64,000 nt of DNA from Oscillospiraceae bacterium. GTDB taxonomy: Bacteria; Bacillota; Clostridia; Oscillospirales; Acutalibacteraceae. The notes beneath the pieces were generated by a model. It did no database searches. It had not been told where the DNA came from and saw only the letters and a list, made by a program, of their open reading frames with translations. The translations under genes and the position numbers were made by a program. The stretch is taken from contig SVON01000003.1 in NCBI GenBank assembly GCA_015066365.1, positions 61,416 to 125,415 on the forward strand, written 5' to 3'. Shown one piece after another: positions 7,585-16,202 of this stretch (position 1 is the first letter of the stretch; every line of letters begins with the position of its first letter).

Positions 7585-7637
7585 TCTCATACGGGTTGTG
7601 AGGAATGGAGGAATGCCTTTTGGAACGGGTGCAACCG

Positions 7638-8432
7638 TTACATTTCTAAATCTTCGCGGATCCTATGGTCCGCCCGTGCCGCCATGGCGGCGGTGTTGTT
7701 CTCTTTCACGTAATCGGTGTCCATCACGTCCACCACGTGCAAATGCACCCGTTTATACCCCGGCAATACCCGGCGCTTCTCATAGCGAATGGAGGCCACC
7801 ACCACCGGGCAGTCTGCCAGCTTGGCGATCTTAAAGCTGCCGCCGTGAAAGGGGAGCAGGTCGCCGGTGCGGCTGCGGGTGCCCTCGGGATAGATGCCCA
7901 TACAGCGCTCCTGCTGGGTGATCACCTCGGCTCCGTGCTTGATGGCGGTGACGGCGTTGCGGGGGTTTTCCCGGTCGATGGGGAAGAAGCCGGCACGGCG
8001 CATGGCGGCGCCCAGCACCGGCACCTGAAACACCTCCGGCTTGCCTACAAAGCACATCTGCGTCTTTTTGAACAGAGCAAAGGTGGCGATGGGGTCAAAG
8101 GCGGAGCGGTGGTTGCACACAAACAGGAAGGGGGTGTCGGGAAGCCTTTCCGCCCCTACCAGTTTCTTGCGGATGCCCAGCTGAGCCATCACCCAACTGA
8201 GTGTATGTACCTCGCACCAGTGATAAAAATTCTTCAGCCTTTTCGAGGGGGTGTCGGTCTGGGGGGTCATCAGAAGAGCGGAGAACAGCCAGATAACGTA
8301 CAAAAGCACCGCCGCTACGTAGTAGCCCAGCCACACCGGCAACAGCCACCACAGGGAGAGGCCGTTGCAAAAGAAAAAGGTCAGCGCCGTGGCCGTGCTG
8401 CTGGCAGCGATAAAACTCAACAACAAAAGCAT
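7638..8432 (-). CDS. plsC: 1-acyl-sn-glycerol-3-phosphate acyltransferase
   Basis: NHRSAFD (HX4D) and IYPEGTRSRTG motifs, an N-terminal TM segment, and RBS GGAGG. Confidence 0.85.
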   Translation of the reverse strand: MLLLLSFIAASSTATALTFFFCNGLSLWWLLPVWLGYYVAAVLLYVIWLFSALLMTPQTDTPSKRLKNFYHWCEVHTLSWVMAQLGIRKKLVGAERLPDTPFLFVCNHRSAFDPIATFALFKKTQMCFVGKPEVFQVPVLGAAMRRAGFFPIDRENPRNAVTAIKHGAEVITQQERCMGIYPEGTRSRTGDLLPFHGGSFKIAKLADCPVVVASIRYEKRRVLPGYKRVHLHVVDVMDTDYVKENNTAAMAARADHRIREDLEM

Positions 8433-8562
8433 AGAGGAACCTCCGTTGATCGGATAAATATCCCTTTTATTTTACCTGTTTTTGCCGGTTTCGTCAAGTG
8501 CCAGCCAATGAAAAAGACCGCCCACCATCCGGTGAACGGTCTTAGTCAAGACTAATGATGAA

Positions 8563-8841
8563 TTAGTTCTCGCCCTTCATGCTGGCGAAGCACTCGCTGC
8601 AGTAAACGGGGCGGTCCTCACGGGGCTTGAAGGGCACCTTGCACTCCTTGCCGCAGTTGGCGCACACAGCGTCGTGCATCTCGCGCTCGGGACGACCGGC
8701 GTTCTTGCGGGCGTCACGGCAGGCCTTGCAGCGCTGGGGCTCGTTAACGAAACCCTTCTCGGCGTAGAACTCCTGCTCACCGGCGGTGAAGATGAACTCG
8801 TTACCGCACTCTTTGCATACTAAAGTCTTGTCCTCGTACAT
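8563..8841 (-). CDS. zinc-ribbon protein with four CxxC pairs
   Basis: Begins MYEDKTLVCKECGNEF..., then CKACRD, CANCGKEC and CSECF. ATG at 8841 follows GAGGT. Confidence 0.75.
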   Translation of the reverse strand: MYEDKTLVCKECGNEFIFTAGEQEFYAEKGFVNEPQRCKACRDARKNAGRPEREMHDAVCANCGKECKVPFKPREDRPVYCSECFASMKGEN

Positions 8842-8888
8842 TGTGGTTACCTCACTCTGATAGATATATTGCAACCGGCCTCATGCCG

Positions 8889-9425
8889 TTATTGCCTGGT
8901 TAATTTGCGCCGCAGGCGCTGTATCGCATTGTCCACCGCTTTTTTGTTGGTGTTCAGCCGGATGGCGATCTCCTCATAGGAGCATTCGCTCAGCCTGAGC
9001 AGCATCACCTTGTATTCCAGCGGGGTCAGGCGCTGTTGCATCCGCGCCAGAAAATCGGCGGATGTCTCCAGATCCTGTATGCGCAGGGCCGGATCTGCAG
9101 AGGGGTCCGGCAGGTCGGTATCCTCTTTGAGAGGTACCTCGTTGACCACTTTGCCGCCCACACGCCGGATGGCATCTAACAGCCGATGGCGGATGCAGGT
9201 GGTGGCGTAGGTGGTAAAGGCGGCGCCGCCCTCGGGGCGGTAGGTGCGTACTGCGGCCAGCAGACCGATGAGCGCCTCTTGGGCCAGGTCCTCGGCCTCG
9301 AGGCCCTCGCAGGCAAGGCGGCGGATCTGGTCGTGGATGAGCGGCTCCATCCGGCAGACGATCTGGCCAAAGGCCTCTCCGTCACCGGCGGCAGCTTGAT
9401 GGATGGGTAGTGATTGGTGTTCCAT
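8889..9425 (-). CDS. sigma-70 family RNA polymerase sigma factor (small, regions 2 and 4)
   Basis: Region 2-like DLAQEALIGLLAAVRTYRPEGGAAFTTYATTCIRHRLLDAIR. Region 4 HTH-like YEEIAIRLNTNKKAVDNAIQRLRRKL. Confidence 0.8.
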   Translation of the reverse strand: MEHQSLPIHQAAAGDGEAFGQIVCRMEPLIHDQIRRLACEGLEAEDLAQEALIGLLAAVRTYRPEGGAAFTTYATTCIRHRLLDAIRRVGGKVVNEVPLKEDTDLPDPSADPALRIQDLETSADFLARMQQRLTPLEYKVMLLRLSECSYEEIAIRLNTNKKAVDNAIQRLRRKLTRQ

Positions 9426-9639
9426 ATCATCCCTCCGTCAAACCCTCGGAATAGGCATACCTATTCCATACTGGTGTTTTCACGCACCTACCCTACTATA
9501 CTGGAATTCCGTTCCCTTGTCAACACCCATTTTGTCAGAATGCTAGAAAATCGTGAAAATAGTGCAAAATCTCTCGTGCTATTTTAACAAAATGCCCAAG
9601 AATTTGCTGCTTTTTGCGGAATTTACGGTGGAATAGCGG

Positions 9640-9668
9640 TTGACTTTTCCTGCTATTCATATTAAAAT
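9640..9668 (+). promoter_or_regulatory. candidate sigma-A promoter of glyQS
   Basis: TTGACT (9640-9645), 17-bp spacer, TAAAAT (9663-9668). Confidence 0.45.
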
Positions 9669-9722
9669 GATTAGGTATATTGCCGGAAAGCCATTCCGGA
9701 TGAATATGGAGGTAGAAACACT

Positions 9723-11144
9723 ATGAAAAACACCGAAAAAACCATGGAAAAAATCGTGACCTTGTGCAAAGGCCGCGGTTATATCTTCCCCGGCTCCGAG
9801 ATCTACGGCGGTCTGGCCAACACCTGGGACTACGGTCCTTTGGGCGTGGAGCTGAAGAACAACGTCAAAAAGGCGTGGTGGAAGAAGTTTGTTCAGGAGA
9901 ACCCCTATAACGTGGGTCTGGACGCCGCCATCCTGATGAATCCCCAGACCTGGGTTGCTTCCGGTCACCTGGCCGGTTTTTCCGACCCGCTGATGGACTG
10001 CAAAGAGTGTAAAGAGCGTTTTCGCGCGGATAAGATCATCGAGGACTGGTGTCAGGAGACCGGTTATGAGTTGCCCAAGCCCATCGACGCCTTCTCCCAG
10101 GCGGAGATGAAGGAGTTTGTGGAGGAGCACACCATTCCCTGTCCCACCTGCGGCAAGCACAATTTCACCGACATCCGTCAGTTCAACCTGATGTTCAAGA
10201 CCTTCCAGGGTGTCACCGAGGACGCTAAGAACACCGTGTATCTGCGTCCCGAGACCGCCCAGGGCATCTTTACCAACTTTGTAAACGTTCAGCGCACCAC
10301 CCGCCGGAAACTCCCCTTTGGTATCGCCCAGATCGGTAAGTCTTTCCGTAACGAGATCACCCCCGGTAACTTCATTTTCCGGGTGCGCGAGTTCGAGCAG
10401 ATGGAGCTGGAGTTCTTCTGTATGCCCGGCACCGACCTGGAGTGGTTCAGCTACTGGCGTGAGTTCTGCCACAACTGGCTGCTGGCCATTGGTCTGAAAG
10501 AGGAGAACATCCGTCTGCGCGACCACGACCCGGAGGAGTTGTGCTTCTATTCCAAAGCGACCACCGACTTTGAGTTCCTGTTCCCCTTCGGCTGGGGTGA
10601 GCTGTGGGGCGTGGCGGATCGTACCGACTACGACCTGACCCAGCACCAGAACACCTCCAACAAGGACCTGACCTACTTCGATCAGGAGTCCGGCCAGCAC
10701 GTGATCCCCTACGTGGTGGAGCCCTCTTTGGGCGTGGAGCGTACCGTGCTGTCCGTTCTGTGCGACGCCTATGACGAAGAGGTGGTGGACGCCGAGAAGA
10801 ACGACGTGCGTACCGTGCTGCGTCTGCATCCCGCCCTGGCTCCTTTCAAGTGCGCTGTGCTGCCCCTGTCCAAGAAGCTGGGCGACAAGGCCCGGGAGAT
10901 CCAGCTGGAGCTGTCCAAGTACTTTATGGTGGACTACGACGACGCCGGCTCCATCGGCAAGCGGTATCGCCGCGAGGACGAGATCGGTACCCCCTATTGC
11001 ATCACCGTGGACTTTGAGACGGTGGGTGATGACAATACCCCCGCCGATAATGCCGTCACCGTTCGTGACCGTGACACCATGGAGCAGGTGCGTGTGCCGA
11101 TCGCTGAGCTGAAGGATTACATTGAGTCTAAGATCGCATTCTGA
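9723..11144 (+). CDS. glyQS: glycine--tRNA ligase (homodimeric class II type)
   Basis: [23 protein letters not shown], class II motifs ([25 protein letters not shown]), and a C-terminal anticodon-binding region. Confidence 0.9.
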   Translation: MKNTEKTMEKIVTLCKGRGYIFPGSEIYGGLANTWDYGPLGVELKNNVKKAWWKKFVQENPYNVGLDAAILMNPQTWVASGHLAGFSDPLMDCKECKERFRADKIIEDWCQETGYELPKPIDAFSQAEMKEFVEEHTIPCPTCGKHNFTDIRQFNLMFKTFQGVTEDAKNTVYLRPETAQGIFTNFVNVQRTTRRKLPFGIAQIGKSFRNEITPGNFIFRVREFEQMELEFFCMPGTDLEWFSYWREFCHNWLLAIGLKEENIRLRDHDPEELCFYSKATTDFEFLFPFGWGELWGVADRTDYDLTQHQNTSNKDLTYFDQESGQHVIPYVVEPSLGVERTVLSVLCDAYDEEVVDAEKNDVRTVLRLHPALAPFKCAVLPLSKKLGDKAREIQLELSKYFMVDYDDAGSIGKRYRREDEIGTPYCITVDFETVGDDNTPADNAVTVRDRDTMEQVRVPIAELKDYIESKIAF

Positions 11145-11157
11145 TCAAACCTATTTT

Positions 11158-11193
11158 GAAAGGTCTGTGGCAAAAGCCACAGACCTTTTTTTG
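11158..11193 (+). terminator. rho-independent terminator of glyQS
   Basis: aggtctgtggc / gccacagacct stem plus a T-run. Confidence 0.8.
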
Positions 11194-11284
11194 GGGGGCG
11201 GTCGAGGGCGCCCTCTCCTACATCCCATCAATACGGGAGAGAACTTGTAGGGCGGGGACATGCTCCCGCCGTTTCAATCTTTGC

Positions 11285-11313
11285 TTGCATAATTGCCACG
11301 TTTGCGGTATAAT
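11285..11313 (+). promoter_or_regulatory. sigma-A promoter of the FTR-like/thioredoxin operon
   Basis: TTGCAT (11285-11290), 17-bp spacer, TATAAT (11308-11313). Confidence 0.55.
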
Positions 11314-11335
11314 CTATTTAGAAAGAGGTGATACG

Positions 11336-11536
11336 ATGGCGGTACGGTTGAACGAAGACAAAGACGTGGTGGAACGCATCAAGGCGGGGCTCAAAGCCAA
11401 GGGTGGCTATTGTCCTTGTCGGCTTCCCAAAAAAGAAGAGTTTAAGTGCATCTGTCAAGAATTTCGCGAGCAGATCGCCGACCCGGAGTTTGAGGGGTAT
11501 TGCCACTGTAGGCTGTATTATAAGAGTAAAGATTAA
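11336..11536 (+). CDS. small ferredoxin-thioredoxin-reductase catalytic-subunit-like Cys-rich protein
   Basis: 66 aa with CPC..CIC..CHC cysteine spacing (GGYCPCRLPKKEEFKCICQEF...GYCHCRLYY). RBS AGAGGTG. Lies immediately upstream of trxA. Confidence 0.7.
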   Translation: MAVRLNEDKDVVERIKAGLKAKGGYCPCRLPKKEEFKCICQEFREQIADPEFEGYCHCRLYYKSKD

Positions 11537-11548
11537 GGAGAACGGATT

Positions 11549-11860
11549 ATGGCGGTATTACACATTACAGAAGAGAATTTTGAAAAAGAAGTGTTGCAGG
11601 CGGAGAAACCGGTGCTGCTGGATTTCTGGGCTACCTGGTGTGGTCCCTGCAGGATGATGGGCCCCATTTTGGAGGAGTACGCCGCGTTGCACCCCGAGTA
11701 CGCGGTGGGCAAGGTGAATGTGGATGAGCAGGAGGCTCTGGCGGCGGCTTTTCGCATTGAGAGCATCCCCACGCTGGTGGTCATCAAAGAGGGTAAGACT
11801 ACCGCTCTGGCGGTGGGGGTGCAGACCCCGGAGCAGCTGGACGCTTTGATGGCAAAATGA
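11549..11860 (+). CDS. trxA: thioredoxin
   Basis: WCGPC active site in a 103-aa protein. Confidence 0.92.
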   Translation: MAVLHITEENFEKEVLQAEKPVLLDFWATWCGPCRMMGPILEEYAALHPEYAVGKVNVDEQEALAAAFRIESIPTLVVIKEGKTTALAVGVQTPEQLDALMAK

Positions 11861-11883
11861 CGCTGTAAAGCATAGTGCCTTTA

Positions 11884-11919
11884 CACCTCTCGGCGAGTCT
11901 GCTGAGAGGTGCTTTTTTA
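11884..11919 (+). terminator. rho-independent terminator of trxA
   Basis: cacctctc / gagaggtg stem plus TTTTTT. Confidence 0.7.
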
Positions 11920-11957
11920 TGCTCAAAATCTCCGAAAAACCCATTAACCGTAGGGAT

Positions 11958-11974
11958 TGTCGAACTTTGTCGGA
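11958..11974 (+). promoter_or_regulatory. two adjacent 0A-box-like sites upstream of spo0A
   Basis: TGTCGAA (11958-11964) and TGTCGGA (11968-11974), compared with the 0A-box consensus TGNCGAA. Confidence 0.45.
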
Positions 11975-12073
11975 AAGAAAATACCATTTTTTGTCATTTT
12001 GCTATTGCCATTTTTTGGTAATTGTGGTAAGATAATCTCGCCGGCAAACAAAACAGAGGAGAATCGGAGAACG

Positions 12074-12835
12074 ATGAGCAGAAAAATCAATGTCCTATTA
12101 GCGGATAACAGCGACTATTTTGCCATTCCCTGTGCCAACGTGATGAAGGCTCACGGACTGGATGTGACCCTGACGGAAAAGGATGGAAAAGCGGTATTGG
12201 AGGCGATTTCCGACAATCCGCCGGACGTATTGCTGATGGATCTGTTTTTACCCCGTCTGGACGCCTTGGGTGTGTTGGAGGGGATGAAGCAGCTGGAGTT
12301 ACCTGTTCGCCCCCAGGTGATGGTGATGTCCGGATTTGACAATCCGGCGTTGGAGCGGGAGATTATGAGTGCCGGGGCGGATTATTATTTTCTCAAGCCC
12401 TTTGATGCCGGTGCCATGAGTCAACGCATTCTGACCCTGTGCGGGGAGCATACCGAGCCACCGACCGGTCGTCCGGTATCCCGCAATCTGGAGATGCAGG
12501 TCACCGAGATCATCCACCAGATCGGTGTCCCCGCCCACATTAAAGGCTACCAGTATCTGCGGGACGCCATCCTGATGGCCATTGAGGACGGGGAAATCAT
12601 CAACGCCGTTACCAAACGCTTATACCCGGCGGTGGCCAAGCGCCACGGCACCACCTCCTCCCGGGTGGAGCGGGCCATCCGTCACGCCATAGAGGTGGCG
12701 TGGGATCGGGGTGACGTGGATACCCTTACCGCCTATTTTGGCTATACCATCCATAACGAGAGGGGTAAGCCCACCAACTCGGAATTCATCGCCATGATTG
12801 CGGATAAATTCCGTTTGCAGTTAAAGATTTCCTGA
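12074..12835 (+). CDS. spo0A: sporulation master regulator Spo0A
   Basis: Receiver domain (LLADNS.., [13 protein letters not shown]) plus a Spo0A-specific C-terminal domain ([51 protein letters not shown]). Confidence 0.93.
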   Translation: MSRKINVLLADNSDYFAIPCANVMKAHGLDVTLTEKDGKAVLEAISDNPPDVLLMDLFLPRLDALGVLEGMKQLELPVRPQVMVMSGFDNPALEREIMSAGADYYFLKPFDAGAMSQRILTLCGEHTEPPTGRPVSRNLEMQVTEIIHQIGVPAHIKGYQYLRDAILMAIEDGEIINAVTKRLYPAVAKRHGTTSSRVERAIRHAIEVAWDRGDVDTLTAYFGYTIHNERGKPTNSEFIAMIADKFRLQLKIS

Positions 12836-12905
12836 TTTGGCACTTTCCACCGAAAAAATGGCATAAATTTCTCCCCAAAAACATAAAATAAATTGGTTCG
12901 TGAGG

Positions 12906-12934
12906 TTGACAACGCGGACCGCTTCGGGTAAAAT
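12906..12934 (+). promoter_or_regulatory. candidate sigma-A promoter
   Basis: TTGACA (12906-12911), 17-bp spacer, TAAAAT (12929-12934). Confidence 0.5.
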
Positions 12935-12988
12935 TGTAAGGTAAAGTCGCGGAATTTGTCCATTTTTTGCGACAGGGGAGTTTATGGT

Positions 12989-13588
12989 ATGAATCGAGTT
13001 ATTGTTATCAGTCGTGAATACGCCAGTGGCGGCAGCGAGATCGGACGGCGGTTGGCTGCCCGGTTGGGGATACCATTCTATGACCGTAAGTTTGTGGACG
13101 AGGCGGTTAAGAGCAGTGGCCTGCCGGAGGATTTTGTCCAGCACGAAGAACGAAAGTTTATCAGCAGTCTGCTGTTTAATCTGTCCACCGGTGGCTATCA
13201 TTACGCCAACGACCGGTCGGTGTCCGACCAGATACATATCGCCGAGTGCAACGCACTGAAAAACGTGGCCGCCCAGGGGGATTGCGTCATCGTGGGTCGG
13301 TGTGCCGATTACATCCTGCGGGATGAGGCAGAGATCTTCAGCGTGTTTGTTCACGCCAGTATGGCCACCCGTGTGCGCCGTTGCGTAGAGGAATATGGGA
13401 TGGATGAGCGCCGTATCGAGCAGACCATCCGGGATAAGGACCGCACCCGGGCCCGCCATTACGAATATTATACCGACCGCACCTGGGGTGATCGCAACAA
13501 CTATCACCTGAGTCTTAATGCCGGCCGTCTGGGGATCGACCAGTCGGTAGAGCTGATCTGCCAGGCGTTGGATCTTGTCAAAAAATAA
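12989..13588 (+). CDS. cytidylate-kinase-like family protein (P-loop-like N-terminus)
   Basis: MNRVIVISREYASGGSEIGRRLAARLGIPFYD is typical of this family. RBS GGGGAG. Confidence 0.7.
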   Translation: MNRVIVISREYASGGSEIGRRLAARLGIPFYDRKFVDEAVKSSGLPEDFVQHEERKFISSLLFNLSTGGYHYANDRSVSDQIHIAECNALKNVAAQGDCVIVGRCADYILRDEAEIFSVFVHASMATRVRRCVEEYGMDERRIEQTIRDKDRTRARHYEYYTDRTWGDRNNYHLSLNAGRLGIDQSVELICQALDLVKK

Positions 13589-13601
13589 GGCGGTGCAAGG
13601 A

Positions 13602-13886
13602 ATGGGAAATAACAGACACGGACATCATCATCGGGAACCCAGAGAGGCCTATCTTTTTGGCGAGCACGATATCGGCAACCACCACTATCGTTTTAAGTAC
13701 GACGGCAAGGTGTATACCATCACCGAGCAGGTCATCATCCCGGAAAAAGAGACCGAGGAAAAGGTGCTTCTGGAGGAGACCGACAGCCGCGCCGCCTACG
13801 AGGCGTGGAATCACATCAAACGCCCTGAGCGGTTCGGTGGCATCGTGGTGCTGCCCCAACCAAAAAACGCCGGGGAGAACGAATAA
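13602..13886 (+). CDS. hypothetical small His-rich protein
   Basis: The ORF is followed by a strong terminator. Start is uncertain (ATG 13602, GTG 13593 or TTG 13575). No recognisable motif. Confidence 0.45.
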   Translation: MGNNRHGHHHREPREAYLFGEHDIGNHHYRFKYDGKVYTITEQVIIPEKETEEKVLLEETDSRAAYEAWNHIKRPERFGGIVVLPQPKNAGENE

Positions 13887-13891
13887 AAAAA

Positions 13892-13927
13892 GAATCGACG
13901 GCCATCCGGCCGTCGGTTCTTTTTTTG
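13892..13927 (+). terminator. rho-independent terminator
   Basis: gaatcgacggcc / ggccgtcggttc stem plus a T-run. Confidence 0.8.
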
Positions 13928-13991
13928 CCCTTGACACAACGGTGCGATGGATGTATGATGTGTATAAATTTACTTTTTAGGAGTGATTCGT

Positions 13992-14672
13992 ATGAAAAAA
14001 GCATTGTCCCTGTGTTTAGTTGTGTTGCTGTGTCTGACCTTCGCCGCCTGCGGTGACGAGGACAAGGCGGCGGCCCCTGCCGCTACCGATAACGCCGCCA
14101 CCACGGATGCCGCTCTGGTTGGCACTTGGGTCGCGGCCGATGGCGAGACGGCTATTTTCAATGCGGATGCCACCGGCTCCATTGACGGTGATCCCTTTGA
14201 TTGGTCCGTTTCCGGCAATAAGCTGACCGTGACCGAGCAGAATGGCGGCACCGGCAAACTGGTATTCACCTATGCGGTGGCAGGAAATACTCTGACTCTG
14301 ACCAACGATGAGGGTAGCTCTATGGTGTACAACAAGACTGTCGCCTCTGCAGAGCCTTCCGGCACCACCGCGCCCACTCAGACTCCCGACCCGGTGACCC
14401 CCACCGTCGCCAACCCCTCTCAAGTTGTGAGCGACGGCAGCGACCTGATCGGCATCTGGAAGGCTGACGACGGCTTGGTGATGACCATCAATGCCGACGG
14501 CACCGGTTCGATGGATGACGATGCCATCACCTGGAGCGTTAGTGGCAGCACCCTGGCTTTGACCGAGAAGGCCAGCGGCGAGACCATCTCGGTGGTGTAC
14601 GGCACCTCCGGCGATACTTTGACCTTCTTCACCCCCGAAGGCATCGTGATTATGATGTTCACCAAGCAGTAA
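13992..14672 (+). CDS. lipoprotein with two internal ~90-aa repeats
   Basis: Signal peptide plus lipobox (LTFAAC). Repeats GTWVAADGETAIFNADATGS...WSVSGNKLTV and GIWKADDGLVMTINADGTGS...WSVSGSTLAL. Confidence 0.8.
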   Translation: MKKALSLCLVVLLCLTFAACGDEDKAAAPAATDNAATTDAALVGTWVAADGETAIFNADATGSIDGDPFDWSVSGNKLTVTEQNGGTGKLVFTYAVAGNTLTLTNDEGSSMVYNKTVASAEPSGTTAPTQTPDPVTPTVANPSQVVSDGSDLIGIWKADDGLVMTINADGTGSMDDDAITWSVSGSTLALTEKASGETISVVYGTSGDTLTFFTPEGIVIMMFTKQ

Positions 14673-14799
14673 GCGTAAAACGTAAGCAAAAAAGCAGGCA
14701 CCCCACGGGGCGCCTGTTTTTTTGTGCTTTTCTCTTGCACTTTTTGACGGAAAGGTTTACAATAAAAGAGTATATGTCATTAAGGAAAGGCGGACACCT

Positions 14800-16188
14800 A
14801 TGCTGCTGCAAAAGAACCAGTTCATTGAATTGACCGTCACCGGCATCACCGGCGAGGGGAACGGCGTAGCCCGGTACGTAGCGGAAGAATACCCTGCACC
14901 GGGCTTCGTGGTGTTTATCCCCGGCACCGCTCTGGGTGACCGGTTGGTGTGCCGTATCCTCAAGGTGCAGAAGAACTGCGCCTTTGGTAAGATTGAAGAG
15001 CTGTTGGAACGATCCCCCGACCGTAAAGAGACTCAGGATTGCCCTGCCTACGGCAAGTGCGGAGGATGCAACTGGCGGCACGTGACCTATGAGGCGGAGT
15101 GCCGGTATAAGCACGCCTGGGTGCAGGATACCATCCGGCGGGTGGGGGGCATTGACGCCCCGGTGTTGCCGCTGATGGGGGGCGTGCGGGCCAACCGCTA
15201 CCGCAACAAAGCCCAGTTCCCGGTGGCTCCCGGCCCGGACGGTCGTCCGGTCATCGGCTTTTACGCCCCCCGGAGTCACCGCATTATTCCCTGCCGGGAT
15301 TGCAAGTTACAGCCCAAGGGCTATGCCGCCGTGCTGGAGGTGGTGGAGCGTTGGATGGTGGAGAACGCCGTCCCAGCCTACGATGAGACCGCCCACACCG
15401 GCTTGGTGCGGCATATCTATATCCGTCAGGCCGCCGTCACCGGAGAGATGATGGTGTGCCTCGTGTGTAAAGAGCGCAAACTGCCTGCCGAGGAGGCCCT
15501 GGTGTCCTTGCTGGTGGAGGCGGCGCCCCAGATGGTGTCCCTGTCGGTGAACGTAAACCCCGACAAGACCAACGTGATCCTGGGTAAGCGCACCGTCACT
15601 CTATGGGGGGCAGACTCCATCGTGGACCGGCTGTGCGGTCTGCATTTCCGGTTGTCGCCCCACTCTTTCTATCAGGTGAACCACGCCCAAACCGAGCGGT
15701 TGTACCGTTTGGCGGCCCAGGCCGCCGCGCTGACCGGAAAAGAGACCTTGCTGGACCTGTACTGCGGTACCGGCACCATCGGTCTGTCTATGGCGCACAC
15801 CGCCGGCGCTGTCATCGGCGTAGAGGTGGTGGAGGCGGCGGTGCGGGACGCCAAGAAGAACGCCACCGCCAACCGCATCCGCAACGCCCGGTTTATCTGC
15901 GCCGATGCGGCGCAGGCCGCCGCTCAGCTGGCGGCGGAGGGCACCCAGGTGGACGTGGTGGTGCTGGACCCGCCCCGCAAGGGCTGTTCCCCCGACCTGA
16001 TCGACACCGTAGCCGGGATGAACCCGGAGCGGGTGGTGTACGTGTCCTGCGACCCGGCCACGTTGGCGCGGGATCTGAAGCTGTTTAGGGAAAAGGGGTA
16101 TTACACCGAATGGGTGCAGCCCGTTGACCTATTCCCCAGAACGGCTCATTGTGAAAACGTGGTGCGCCTATCCAAACATAACGCATAA
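14800..16188 (+). CDS. 23S rRNA (uracil-5-)-methyltransferase, RumA/RlmD type with TRAM domain
   Basis: N-terminal TRAM-like barrel, Cys cluster (CPAYGKCGGCNW), SAM motif (LDLYCGTGTIGL), and DPPRKG..YVSC. Confidence 0.85.
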   Translation: MLLQKNQFIELTVTGITGEGNGVARYVAEEYPAPGFVVFIPGTALGDRLVCRILKVQKNCAFGKIEELLERSPDRKETQDCPAYGKCGGCNWRHVTYEAECRYKHAWVQDTIRRVGGIDAPVLPLMGGVRANRYRNKAQFPVAPGPDGRPVIGFYAPRSHRIIPCRDCKLQPKGYAAVLEVVERWMVENAVPAYDETAHTGLVRHIYIRQAAVTGEMMVCLVCKERKLPAEEALVSLLVEAAPQMVSLSVNVNPDKTNVILGKRTVTLWGADSIVDRLCGLHFRLSPHSFYQVNHAQTERLYRLAAQAAALTGKETLLDLYCGTGTIGLSMAHTAGAVIGVEVVEAAVRDAKKNATANRIRNARFICADAAQAAAQLAAEGTQVDVVVLDPPRKGCSPDLIDTVAGMNPERVVYVSCDPATLARDLKLFREKGYYTEWVQPVDLFPRTAHCENVVRLSKHNA

Positions 16189-16202
16189 AACAGAGGTAAC
16201 CT

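Noticed and set aside
6698-7834. 378-aa plus-strand ORF spanning the HTH, membrane-protein and plsC genes.
   Set aside because: It crosses two terminator hairpins and an intergenic promoter region, has no RBS and has junk-like composition. The minus-strand genes have motifs and good RBSs.
9426-9722. Expected a glycine T-box leader upstream of glyQS, as found in many Firmicutes.
   Set aside because: I find no GGTGGTACCGCG-like T-box motif and no terminator/antiterminator pair in this 300-nt region. Only a plausible promoter is present.
11195-11280. GC-rich imperfect inverted repeat (ggcggtcgagggcgccctctcctaca ... tgtagggcggggacatgctcccgcc) between the glyQS terminator and the FTR-like gene promoter.
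   Set aside because: The arms match only partially and I found no second copy in the window. Evidence is too weak to call it a MITE or regulatory element.
11156-12073. N-terminal extensions of ORFs 11156-11536 and 11957-12835 given in the ORF track.
   Set aside because: The extensions run through terminators, promoters and non-coding-like sequence. Internal ATGs at 11336 and 12074 have proper RBSs and give proteins of canonical length (FTR-like 66 aa; Spo0A 253 aa).
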